A stretch of 64,000 nucleotides of DNA from an uncultured Clostridia bacterium (GTDB taxonomy: Bacteria; Bacillota; Clostridia; Christensenellales; UBA1242), in the NCBI GenBank assembly GCA_949841045.1, contig CATKXS010000001.1:60717-124716 (forward strand). Reading direction: 5' to 3'. Below are positions 48,252-58,722 of this stretch, piece after piece (the first letter of the stretch is position 1; every line of letters begins with the position of its first letter). A program made the position numbers and the translations under genes. The notes under the pieces are model-generated. The model saw nothing but the letters and a program-made list of their open reading frames with translations. It did no database searches and was not told the origin of the DNA.

Positions 48252-51200
48252 ATGAGAAAAAAGAATAGCGAAAAGAAGAAAGACTCAAAGTTGAGGATTA
48301 AATGGAAAACCTGGATGACGGTTGTGACCGTTATTGCGGTTGTATTTTTAATCAGCGGAGCAACCGTGCTTGGCGTATATTTGTCAGGTGGTTTTAACGA
48401 AAAGGTTGTTTATCCAGAGAGCATTGAATTCGATTATGGAAATAACCGCTTTGTAAATAATCAACTTGAAGTAGAGGAAGACTTTACACTTACTATCACC
48501 ACGCCAACGAATCAAGTCACTCGTGATACTTTGACATTGTCTTTTGCAGGTGATGGAATTATTGAATCGAGAGATGGCAAAATTTCAAATGGTTCTATCG
48601 AAGTCCCTCAAACTGTTACCATTGGCAGACCTTTCACTGTGCACCTTTTGACTAAAAACTTGGTTGATGAGAATGGGACGCCAGTTCTTGATTTAAATGG
48701 AAATTACATAGACTGGATTGCAGGCGGCATTTCAACACTTGTAGCTCAGTCGCAAAACATTCAAATTCCTTCAATAAGCGTTCGTATCGCAGTAGACGTT
48801 CCTGTCTATGACACTCAAACTATTATTTACAATTCTCTAGGTGAAGAGGTTACTCAGGTTGTTAAAAATGAAAGTTTTACTGTTAAGACAAAATTCTTGC
48901 CTGCAAACAGCGAATATATGTACAGTGATGACCTAAGTAGTAAGGCTGAAAACGAAAAACGCAAAAAGACCTCTTTCTATGAAGCAGTAAGCACAGAAAA
49001 TCTTACAACTGTCTATGACAGCAAAACTGAAGTTCATTTTGTGGCAAAGAATGTCATTGATGACGGAATTACAATCAACAATTATACTTTTAAAAATGCA
49101 ATCAGTCAGCTTAACTATGAGGCAGAAAATGAAGAGACGACAAATGGCGAACTTTATTATAACGATGCTTTGAGATATTTAAGTGACAATTCAAGCATAG
49201 CAAAACTTTCACGTGCGGTTGTTTCAATCGGAGATGAAAGTGTAGGCAACTTTACAGTTACAAAAGAAGGGCAAAACCTTTCAATGAAAGTGGAAGAGCC
49301 ATTAAAGTTATATCTCAACAATTATCCTTATGAGGCACTCGCCGATTATCTTGGTATAAATATCTATTCAACCTCAGGAAGAATTCTTGATAACCTTCTT
49401 CCAAACATAGTTTTAAGTTTTGATTATAACGGCAAAGACCCAACACTCGGTGATGACAAAATACTTGAAATCAGCGGTGGAGAGGTGATTGACTTTGAAG
49501 GCACGCGTTACTATAAACCTTTCTCAGAGGGAATAAACAACTTCCGCTATTCTTACTGGAACATTTCAGCTAAGGAAGAGGGGGATGTAACAGTATTTAT
49601 TTCACTTCTTTTGAATGATGACACAACTCTTTTTGAGCAGGTGGCTGGCACTCCATTTAGAAGAAATGTTAGACTAACAATAAAAAAACATGAGGAGCTT
49701 CCTCCAGTTTGGCTTGACCAAACTAGAGAAGATGTACTTCTTGACTATACTGTTGTAGAAGGTGTAAGCACGTTGGCTCCTAAGACAATCGACCTTGGAA
49801 GCAAGGTGGAAGTCCCAAGCGAGAATATTTACAAAGATTACGTATTCTTTGCTTGGTTTGGAAATGGACAAATTGAAGACTACACTGAGAAAGCAAATTC
49901 TATTCTAAGAAATGGTTATATTAGAGAAAGGTCAAAAATTTATGAAACAACAAGTGGAAGGCTTACACTTTTCGCACTTGACGGAACGAGCATAACTCTA
50001 TATGATACGGGTGAATTTTCAATTTATGTTGCCACTATCAGACCAGAACTTACTGATGACGGCTATTATCAAATCGTTGAACTAGCAAGTGGGTCAAAAA
50101 GTGTTGTTGTAAAAAAATCACTTTACACAGACTCAGTAGAGGAGTTTACACTTGATGTTGCAGATTTCCCTTCGATGGGAGCAAATGAAATCAGCATAAA
50201 TCAGGGCAGTGAATCAACCTTTGGAATAAGTTTCATTGTTGGTGCAACATCTGTACCAGTTTTCAAAGATGAATTCCAAAAAGGATTTATGACTCCAAAA
50301 ATTTTGGATATTGCAGGAAACGATATTACAGATTACTTCAACTTTAATGAAGGCACTCTTACTACTGGTGACGAATCCGAAAATGCAACTTTAGAATATA
50401 GAGTAAGCGCAAAACCTTCTGTTCAACTTGAACAAACATTAGGTGTTTATCTTGGTTATGTTGCACTTAATTATAATAACGGCGAAAATGACATTACTTG
50501 GGAAATGCCTCTAGGAAGCGACCAAAGAATAAATGTTTATAAACCACAAGCTTCACTTATTGAACTTAGTGACAATGAGATTAAAAATGCTTTGCTTGGT
50601 GGCGGAGATATAGAAGTTGAACAATACTTAACTTCGGCCGGCGTATTTAATACAACGATAGTTGTTTCACTTCCAAATGGTAATGAAAGAAGATTCTCAA
50701 ATGTTAGCGATTTTGTAAATGCTTTTGTAGGGGTTGATGGTGCTCTTATAAAAATTACCGACCAAAAATCCAAAACAGACACTTTGACTGGGCAATGGAA
50801 TTTTGTTATAAGCGGAGATGAGACAGGCGCTATTGAACTCTCTTCTGATGGCAAGTCATTTACATTTAAGAATACCGATTCTGAAGATTTTGTTCCCGTT
50901 TCACTTCTTCTTCAAAGTACAGACGGAAACGCAACCGTAAAGGGGAATAATAACCAAAATCTCGTTATAAACTTTAAAGTAAATTCAACTGGAATTACAA
51001 AAATAGCGTATGATAACGAAACATTAAAAACATATAATTCAATCCTTTCAGCACCAACTGAAGAGACAGCAAAAGCTGTTGTAAGTAAATATGGCGCAAA
51101 AGGAAATGGCTCAGAGGTTATCACCTTAAAGAGTTTAATTAATTTCTATTGCATGGATAATAGTGGCAATGATATGGAATATACAAGAGTTTCATTTAAA

Positions 51201-54200
51201 TTCAATCCACAATATTATTCAAGTGCAAATCTTTCAGATACTCAAATTGTTGACCTTTATGGCCCAGACGGCATGCTTACGCTCTATAATGGCGACAATG
51301 TTTTGAGCTTTAGCGGAGATTATTCTGCTGAGAATATTAGAAGTACTCTTGCTTCAGCAATAATTTCAAATATTAAAATCAACAAAAACTTTGCTTCTTA
51401 TCATACTGTTCAACTTATGGTTACAGATGAAAGTGGTGCAGTAAATACAAGCTTTGACCTTGAACTTCGTCCAAATTATGTAGTAACTAGAGAAAATTAT
51501 TCTCAATATGCTGGCTCAAACTTTAGGCTTGCAAACACTGTTTCAAACCTAAATTTAGATGGCATACAAGATAGAATTGATACTCTATTCGACCCAAATG
51601 CAACTTATTATGTAGTGCTTGATAATATTGCTGGAAGTTATAAACTTGTTAAAAGCACGCAAGCAGTTATTGGAGCTATAGGAACATACAATCCTGGCAG
51701 TTCAACAATTACATTTGCAGACTTCTGGGATACTGAGCAAAAGATTTTCACAGTTCAATTCCAACCAGAAGGAGAAAACACATTTGCTCTTAATCATTCA
51801 ATAACCTTTACAATCAACCGCGACCTCGTGGTAACAGACGAAAAGGGTGTGTTCTTCGTACTTGGTCAAGCAATGGAAATTTCTGACTTTGCAAAGATTA
51901 CAAGACATGACGGAAGTCCAATAAACAACTTGAGCGTATCTTATACCTTTGAAGATTATCTTATGATGAATGGCTCAAGAGTTGTAAGAAAGGAAGACAG
52001 TGATTTCTTCTTTGATTATAATCAGATTTCACTCCAAACAAAACTTACAATTTCAAATGGAAACACTATATTTGATGAATTTAATGTTACAATTAAACTT
52101 TATGACACAGATGACGTTTACAATTTCCTTGCAAGTAAATTTACAATTGACACAAACAATGAGAGCATGAAAGGTCTTTCAGCTCGCAGCCAAATTGTCA
52201 ATAATGGAAAAGAAGATGTAAATTATATTGTTTTCCCAGCAAACGTTGGTGCAAGCTGGAATGTTGCAAACATTGACGATTACAAACTTCAACCAATGAT
52301 GGTTGACCATGACAACAATAAACTGCAGAACTTCTATGAAGTTGTAAATACTCGCATCACATTCAAAATGCAAAATCTTCACATTCTTCTCACTGGCTTA
52401 AATGATAATACAAGATATATAGCTGTCAGACTTCAAGCAAACAATGTTGTACTTGCGACAATGAATATTCCTGTCATCATTTCTCAAATTGGATTTGACA
52501 GTGTTGTTTATGAAAATGGAGAAATTGCTGATAATAGAGTTCTTGAAACAGCGCTCACTCGTCCTGAAACATTGATAGCAAATGGTATCTATAATGAGAT
52601 TACAGCTGGTCAACTTTCAGAAATATTGACTCAATATGATATGTCAGTTTATAGAAAAGAAAGTGAAAATAATGGAAGTGGCGAGGCCGAAGTTATTTGG
52701 AATGGAAATATAGAGAAGGGCGGTCTTTACATGCTTAAAGACTTCACTCCTTCATTTGAGACATATCTTCTTGACAATAACTATGATAATTATGCAGGTT
52801 TAGTAAAGACAAGACAAGTTACTAGAGAAAATGCAAGTCTTTTACTTAACCACTTAAATGATAACGTATCGGACGCTTATATCGCATTTATTTTTACAAT
52901 TAATAAGAGTGGAAGTGGCAACAGCCAATCATTCTATTATGTATTGAAAGTTAAACCTGATGTTAAAGTGGAAAATTCTCTTTATGCTTATAATGGCAAT
53001 GTTGAATACATTAAAGGTCAAAGCGATTATAATAATGAAATTGACCTCGAAGCACTTTTCAATAATACGACATTAAATGAAGGGTTAAAGAGATTTATGG
53101 TAAGTAAAACTCTTACCATGCAGAGCAGTTATGAACTTGAACTTAACGTAACGACAAGAAGTAGCATAAGATTCACTTTTGGTGAAGATGAGATTTTAAG
53201 AAGTTATGGAGTGGGAACAGTTACTGTTGACTTAAATGATTATTTTAAAGGTGCACTAGTAGACGGCGCTGAAATTGAGATTACTATCATTGAAGGCGAT
53301 GCTACAATCAGCTACAAAGGCGTTAAAGTATTCAAAACACTTAAGTTTACAAATAAAGTCACATCAGTTGTGGTAGGTGAAAAGACTTACACAACTCAAG
53401 ACGCCTGGAAAGATACAATTGCTCTATCATTCTCAGACGATGGAAGAAAACTTATCTATAGACCTCTTATTACAAATAGAATTACATTTACAATTGAGCG
53501 AAGCTATATAGGTGGCGGTGAAGATGACCTCGCGGTCATTGGTGGAGTTCAAACCTTTACATTTATTCTCAATGATGACGAAGAAATTCTTGCAGTCAAC
53601 TTTGGAAATGAAGAAAGTACAGACTATGTAGTTGAAATCAAAAATGGTAGCATTTCAAGTTATGAAATGAATATAAACCTTATCAAGAAAGAAATGTCTG
53701 GCTCTACAATCGGAATTACTATTTACGATAGACTTAACATAAGTCTTATTAGTGGAGGCGAAAATGTAGCTGGATATACTTATGACAATTCTAGGGAGAG
53801 TCAGGGTAAATTTACTCTCAATCTTAAAAATTATATCAATTCTGACAAAAAAGTAGTGTTTGCAGTGTATACAGCTCAAGGCTATCTTGCAACTCTTACT
53901 TTTGAACTTAAAGCAAATGTTACTTATTATCCAAATGAAAGTACAACTACTCTCGAAGGTGGAAAAGATTATATCTTAAATACACAAGAATTTATGAAGC
54001 TTACTGTTCCTTCTAAAACTGAAGAGGGAAGAGAGGAAATTCTTACAAGTGGACACTTTAATATAACCGATGTAACAATCTCTGGCACTGGCAAAGACTT
54101 TGTCAAGATTAGCGGAAATAATATGGAAATTGCCGACCTTATTTCAGATAAAGAGGTTACAATTACTTATACAGTTACATTCACTTCTCTTGCTTCTGAA

Positions 54201-57200
54201 TTTGGAATTGAAGATTTGACATTCATTTTCTCTCAAACTTATGTTTTGAAACAAAATGTCAGTGCAAAGACTTCTGTCGCATCTTCAGTAGAAACAATCG
54301 CAGGACAAAATCATGTTATTGATACAACAAGTCTTTATAATATGATTACAGGAGAAAGTCTGCGCGATGACACCAAAATAAAAATTGAAGCTTCATCTTC
54401 AAGCCCAGCTTTTGGTGGAATTACAGATAATATTATATCGACAAACTATATTGCAAGCAGTGTAATGCTTGAACTTACATTAAACGTTTCAATTTCAAAC
54501 GATGATAAGACTTGGCAAAACTTTGCACTTTCTTATTCATTCGCAGTTTTACCTGCAGTAAAATTTGAGACAAATTATCCAATTCCAAACTCAAATGGAG
54601 AAATGGAATTTGAATATATTGAAAACGATTCAACTTTTGCAAACATTTTGACAAATTTCTTGTCAAATAATGCAATCTTTAGCGATAAGGCTCGTATTGA
54701 AGCATTTGAAGCAGTAACTGATAATGGAAAGGTAAGTTATCAAACCACTTCATCACCAATCACTGCTGAAAACTTAAGTATACTTGTTAACTCAAGAACA
54801 AACGCAACAGTGCTGGCTGATGGAAGAATTATTGGCGACAATGAACAAATTCCAAATGGAGCAGAAGTCAAATTCTCTCGCGGTTCAACCAGTGGAAATG
54901 ACGCAGTTGTAGAACTTGGAATTACTTACAAAGCGGTTTATATTACCTATAAAATCAAGATTATTAGCAATTCAATTACGCTTACTCCTCAATCGGTAAC
55001 AAACTATAGCCTCTCTGGTTCTTACACAGCTGAGGGCGGAAATGACACAGTATCTTATGAAAAGATATATATAGATAAGACTTCATCAAACAATATATTT
55101 GCTGGTGAAAGACTTGTTTATGCTCAGCTTAGCGATGTTATGGCAACTTATGCTAATGAATACTATTTCGTATTTAGAAAGGTTGTCGAAAGTGAAATTA
55201 ATGGCGACCAAGAAAGTGATGTCTACAATTATTACGCTTCTTATCCAATTTACATTGCTTCAAGTGACCAAAGTAATACTCGTTATTATGACCTTGGAAT
55301 TTCATTTGCAGGCAAGGAGTTTGTAGGTGCTTATGAAGCCTCATTATTTGAAAAGAGACAAATAAGCATCAATGGAGAAGAAAGGCAATTAAAAATTAAA
55401 GAAATAATTGTTTCAGAAAATGAACAACAAGTTGTTGAAAGTGACATTACATCAGAAGATAAACTTCCAGCAAACTTAGCTTATACTTTATTTAAACTTG
55501 ATGAAGAAAAGCCTATTGTTAAACTTGCAAATAGACTTCAACTCATCTATGGTGTTGACGAGCAGGGAGAAGATATTCTTGTAGATTATGAAAAATATTC
55601 TTACTTAGGCGAGTCACTTATTAAAGAGTTCAATCTTACTAAGGCAAACACAGTTCTCAACGAAATAAGAAAAGAGCCGGTTCAAATTACTCTTTCAAGA
55701 AATGACGGTTCTGGCAAAAGCCATAACTTTAGTGTAAACTATTATTATATGGCAAGCATTGATGTCGATGTGGAAGAAAAGGCGACAACCCTTGCAAATA
55801 CTGTACCAGTTGAAGTTAACAAAGAAGAGTCAAGTATAAATTCTCTTCTTGGAATCAAGCATCCTACAACAGGAAGAATAATTTCAGCTTCTGATTTTAC
55901 AATGGGTGATAGACTTACTTTCAATATAATCTATTCTTCTGTTGAGACTTTAAGGGGAGAAAATTCCTCTGTTGACGAAAATTATAGAGATATAGTTGAT
56001 TCATACTACACGAAATTGAAAATTAATTCTTTCAATCGCTATGTAGATGATAAAGGTATTGCTCCTACAGATGGTAAAAATATTTACCTATATAGAAGTG
56101 CGATAAGCAATTCAAGTGATTGCGTTTATGATTACAGTATAATGCCATTTGGTGCAAAAAACCTTGGTGATTATGTACTTGGTGAAATTGTTTATAGCGT
56201 AGGTGAATTTGAACTTAAATTCTATGTAGTATTCCATATCAGTCCAGACTATGTTGTTAAATTTAAGGGCAATGTTGAAAATTCAGTTACAGAAGCAGAT
56301 GGTGCAATAATTTCAAACTTTGGTGATAACCTTATTGAAACTATTGCTGAAACAAAACTTGATAATGGAAGTATTGTATATGAAGATTTCATCTTGACTG
56401 GTGAAAAGGGTGTTGTTTCAATAATTCATGATAACAGTACTGGCGAGAAGTATGAACAGGCAGTAAGAAACTTTAAGCTTTATATGCCTCTTAATACTAT
56501 TGTTGAATCAAGAACATATAATAAGCAGGATAATATAGAACAAAAGATATTCTATGATAATAATACTGCTGTAAACGCGAATTGGGAATACAACGAAGAG
56601 ACTTTAAGCTATGATTATAAACTTGCTCAAGTATCTCCATATACCGATGTGACATTCACAAAAGTCAAAGAAGTAATTTTCGCAGAACAATACTATATGA
56701 TTGAAGGCGTTGACCCTTACTATTATACTTACAGATTGTATTTCAAACTGGCGGTTACAAAGGGCACACCAAGAATCTTAGGAAGTATGTCAATTGTCGA
56801 AGATGAACTATTCGATTTTGGTGTTCAATATCAACAAGTGACAATGAATTCAGCGGGAAAACGTCAAGAAGATAGCAAAAATATTTATACTTACAATATG
56901 AATGCATCTTCTCTTCGTACGCCAGCTTCAACAGATGGAAATGTGAAACTTCTTAACTTCACAGGTATTGAAGCATGGGAATTTGACCTTGATTATACTA
57001 ACGAACATGTAAATGCAGTATTGAACTTGCCTTCAATCCTTGATTATAATACCGATGAAAAAACGGAAAATAAACAGGTTTATAAACCTGGTGCAACCGA
57101 GATTGATAATGGAGAATATGAGGAGGGTACAGGAAGAACCGGTCACATTGAAGTGCTTGACGGTGAGGAATACTTCAGTTATCCATCACTTGATTACATT

Positions 57201-58691
57201 TCAATTGATAGCGTTGCATTGTATGACCCTAACACTGACACAATTTTAAGTGAAGTACTTACAAATGGTGGAGAGAAGGGCATCGCGTCTCCAAGAGAAG
57301 ACGCAAATTCATCTTCTTGGGTATTTGCAACAAACGGAGCTGATAAATTTGGAAGAATTGTAACAGAAACGGTTGGCGATGAAACAGAGACAGAAGAGCC
57401 TGTTACTATTGAAAGTGGCAACAGAGTTAGAGGTGTCTATGGCATGAAAGAAGATGGCAAGACTTATAATGACAATCTTTGGAAGATGCCAAGACTAAAA
57501 GAGTCTTCAATATTCAATGGTGCACCATCAGTCAAATTAAGACTTGTTGTAACTCTTAAATATTATGACGAAAAGAGCGGAATTACCGAATTTTGTGATT
57601 GTCCAGTTGAAATAACTGTAGTCAAGAAGGCAAATGTTGTTTCAGGTGATGATAGAGTTGTTAGAGATGGTCAAACTTTTGCAGTTGAAGATAAATTAAT
57701 TATTCCAGAAACACTTGAAGATGACGTAAGAATAACAAAATATCTTAACGATACGCTCGAAGTGCTTGTTCCAGCAAATCAAACAATAAGCGTTGATATT
57801 GAATTGACAAGACCAGGCCGCGAAGAGCCATTTACAGGCAGAATATCTCTTCCTGAGTCGGGCATTGCAGCTAGCTATGCAAGAACGTCTTATGTATCAA
57901 TTTCAAATGTACTTGGAATAACAGTAGCGCAGGGAGATACACTTAGAATTACAAATGTGTCAAACAATTCAACAGAATTCTACTATATTACAAATAGCGG
58001 TGAAAACAATGCTATTGTAAATAACAAAATTCTTGGAAGCGAAATTGCTGACAAACACTTTACTATTTCACAAATATTCAATGACGTTGTATATGTTGAA
58101 AATGCTTCGCTTTTAGGCTCTAGTGCAAGTTATGGCATTACCAAATCTTATATTGCTCTTTGCCAATATACTGCTACAGAAAAAGATTCTGAGGGCAATG
58201 ATGTACTTATTGATAATCATGAATATGCTTATCAAGTAAATGCTCCATATGTTGTTACAGGTTATATCTACAAGCTTGAAAGAAATTACAATTATGAAAT
58301 CGGCTTTGAAATTGAAACTACTTTTGAAAATGGACAATGGACAAAGGCAGAACTTTCAAATTGGGAAACAGCTTATAATCTCATTTTAGGCGAAACTAAG
58401 AATGGTGGAGGAATATCTAACGGTCAAATTGATGTAGACTTCAAGATTACTAGAGATAACTTCAACTACTTTAGATTCTCAAGTGCAACAGCTGGCGTGG
58501 GAGAAACAAGCGTTGGTAAGGCGATTGTCAACTCTGACGGTAGCATTCAGCTTGACCCAAGCTTTACAAAAGACCAGTATATGAAACTTGTGCTCGAACT
58601 TGCTGTTTCTGGCGCGGACAGAGATATAACAAATGACAGCGATGCAACTTATCTCAGACTTGATACTTTAAATCTTGGTGTAAAATCATAA
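48252..58691 (+). CDS. giant membrane-anchored surface protein (about 3,480 aa), no recognisable domains
   Basis: The frame is open from 48240 to 58691. I prefer ATG 48252, which follows GAGGTG (48242-48247). The N-terminus is MRKKNSEKKKDSKLRIKWKTW followed by the single TM MTVVTVIAVVFLISGATVLGVYL. The rest is Asn/Thr/Ser/Val/Tyr/Glu-rich and almost Cys-free, with no further hydrophobic segment. Confidence 0.9.
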   Translation: MRKKNSEKKKDSKLRIKWKTWMTVVTVIAVVFLISGATVLGVYLSGGFNEKVVYPESIEFDYGNNRFVNNQLEVEEDFTLTITTPTNQVTRDTLTLSFAGDGIIESRDGKISNGSIEVPQTVTIGRPFTVHLLTKNLVDENGTPVLDLNGNYIDWIAGGISTLVAQSQNIQIPSISVRIAVDVPVYDTQTIIYNSLGEEVTQVVKNESFTVKTKFLPANSEYMYSDDLSSKAENEKRKKTSFYEAVSTENLTTVYDSKTEVHFVAKNVIDDGITINNYTFKNAISQLNYEAENEETTNGELYYNDALRYLSDNSSIAKLSRAVVSIGDESVGNFTVTKEGQNLSMKVEEPLKLYLNNYPYEALADYLGINIYSTSGRILDNLLPNIVLSFDYNGKDPTLGDDKILEISGGEVIDFEGTRYYKPFSEGINNFRYSYWNISAKEEGDVTVFISLLLNDDTTLFEQVAGTPFRRNVRLTIKKHEELPPVWLDQTREDVLLDYTVVEGVSTLAPKTIDLGSKVEVPSENIYKDYVFFAWFGNGQIEDYTEKANSILRNGYIRERSKIYETTSGRLTLFALDGTSITLYDTGEFSIYVATIRPELTDDGYYQIVELASGSKSVVVKKSLYTDSVEEFTLDVADFPSMGANEISINQGSESTFGISFIVGATSVPVFKDEFQKGFMTPKILDIAGNDITDYFNFNEGTLTTGDESENATLEYRVSAKPSVQLEQTLGVYLGYVALNYNNGENDITWEMPLGSDQRINVYKPQASLIELSDNEIKNALLGGGDIEVEQYLTSAGVFNTTIVVSLPNGNERRFSNVSDFVNAFVGVDGALIKITDQKSKTDTLTGQWNFVISGDETGAIELSSDGKSFTFKNTDSEDFVPVSLLLQSTDGNATVKGNNNQNLVINFKVNSTGITKIAYDNETLKTYNSILSAPTEETAKAVVSKYGAKGNGSEVITLKSLINFYCMDNSGNDMEYTRVSFKFNPQYYSSANLSDTQIVDLYGPDGMLTLYNGDNVLSFSGDYSAENIRSTLASAIISNIKINKNFASYHTVQLMVTDESGAVNTSFDLELRPNYVVTRENYSQYAGSNFRLANTVSNLNLDGIQDRIDTLFDPNATYYVVLDNIAGSYKLVKSTQAVIGAIGTYNPGSSTITFADFWDTEQKIFTVQFQPEGENTFALNHSITFTINRDLVVTDEKGVFFVLGQAMEISDFAKITRHDGSPINNLSVSYTFEDYLMMNGSRVVRKEDSDFFFDYNQISLQTKLTISNGNTIFDEFNVTIKLYDTDDVYNFLASKFTIDTNNESMKGLSARSQIVNNGKEDVNYIVFPANVGASWNVANIDDYKLQPMMVDHDNNKLQNFYEVVNTRITFKMQNLHILLTGLNDNTRYIAVRLQANNVVLATMNIPVIISQIGFDSVVYENGEIADNRVLETALTRPETLIANGIYNEITAGQLSEILTQYDMSVYRKESENNGSGEAEVIWNGNIEKGGLYMLKDFTPSFETYLLDNNYDNYAGLVKTRQVTRENASLLLNHLNDNVSDAYIAFIFTINKSGSGNSQSFYYVLKVKPDVKVENSLYAYNGNVEYIKGQSDYNNEIDLEALFNNTTLNEGLKRFMVSKTLTMQSSYELELNVTTRSSIRFTFGEDEILRSYGVGTVTVDLNDYFKGALVDGAEIEITIIEGDATISYKGVKVFKTLKFTNKVTSVVVGEKTYTTQDAWKDTIALSFSDDGRKLIYRPLITNRITFTIERSYIGGGEDDLAVIGGVQTFTFILNDDEEILAVNFGNEESTDYVVEIKNGSISSYEMNINLIKKEMSGSTIGITIYDRLNISLISGGENVAGYTYDNSRESQGKFTLNLKNYINSDKKVVFAVYTAQGYLATLTFELKANVTYYPNESTTTLEGGKDYILNTQEFMKLTVPSKTEEGREEILTSGHFNITDVTISGTGKDFVKISGNNMEIADLISDKEVTITYTVTFTSLASEFGIEDLTFIFSQTYVLKQNVSAKTSVASSVETIAGQNHVIDTTSLYNMITGESLRDDTKIKIEASSSSPAFGGITDNIISTNYIASSVMLELTLNVSISNDDKTWQNFALSYSFAVLPAVKFETNYPIPNSNGEMEFEYIENDSTFANILTNFLSNNAIFSDKARIEAFEAVTDNGKVSYQTTSSPITAENLSILVNSRTNATVLADGRIIGDNEQIPNGAEVKFSRGSTSGNDAVVELGITYKAVYITYKIKIISNSITLTPQSVTNYSLSGSYTAEGGNDTVSYEKIYIDKTSSNNIFAGERLVYAQLSDVMATYANEYYFVFRKVVESEINGDQESDVYNYYASYPIYIASSDQSNTRYYDLGISFAGKEFVGAYEASLFEKRQISINGEERQLKIKEIIVSENEQQVVESDITSEDKLPANLAYTLFKLDEEKPIVKLANRLQLIYGVDEQGEDILVDYEKYSYLGESLIKEFNLTKANTVLNEIRKEPVQITLSRNDGSGKSHNFSVNYYYMASIDVDVEEKATTLANTVPVEVNKEESSINSLLGIKHPTTGRIISASDFTMGDRLTFNIIYSSVETLRGENSSVDENYRDIVDSYYTKLKINSFNRYVDDKGIAPTDGKNIYLYRSAISNSSDCVYDYSIMPFGAKNLGDYVLGEIVYSVGEFELKFYVVFHISPDYVVKFKGNVENSVTEADGAIISNFGDNLIETIAETKLDNGSIVYEDFILTGEKGVVSIIHDNSTGEKYEQAVRNFKLYMPLNTIVESRTYNKQDNIEQKIFYDNNTAVNANWEYNEETLSYDYKLAQVSPYTDVTFTKVKEVIFAEQYYMIEGVDPYYYTYRLYFKLAVTKGTPRILGSMSIVEDELFDFGVQYQQVTMNSAGKRQEDSKNIYTYNMNASSLRTPASTDGNVKLLNFTGIEAWEFDLDYTNEHVNAVLNLPSILDYNTDEKTENKQVYKPGATEIDNGEYEEGTGRTGHIEVLDGEEYFSYPSLDYISIDSVALYDPNTDTILSEVLTNGGEKGIASPREDANSSSWVFATNGADKFGRIVTETVGDETETEEPVTIESGNRVRGVYGMKEDGKTYNDNLWKMPRLKESSIFNGAPSVKLRLVVTLKYYDEKSGITEFCDCPVEITVVKKANVVSGDDRVVRDGQTFAVEDKLIIPETLEDDVRITKYLNDTLEVLVPANQTISVDIELTRPGREEPFTGRISLPESGIAASYARTSYVSISNVLGITVAQGDTLRITNVSNNSTEFYYITNSGENNAIVNNKILGSEIADKHFTISQIFNDVVYVENASLLGSSASYGITKSYIALCQYTATEKDSEGNDVLIDNHEYAYQVNAPYVVTGYIYKLERNYNYEIGFEIETTFENGQWTKAELSNWETAYNLILGETKNGGGISNGQIDVDFKITRDNFNYFRFSSATAGVGETSVGKAIVNSDGSIQLDPSFTKDQYMKLVLELAVSGADRDITNDSDATYLRLDTLNLGVKS

Positions 58692-58722
58692 AACAAAAAT
58701 CATACTATTAAAAGGAGCGAAA

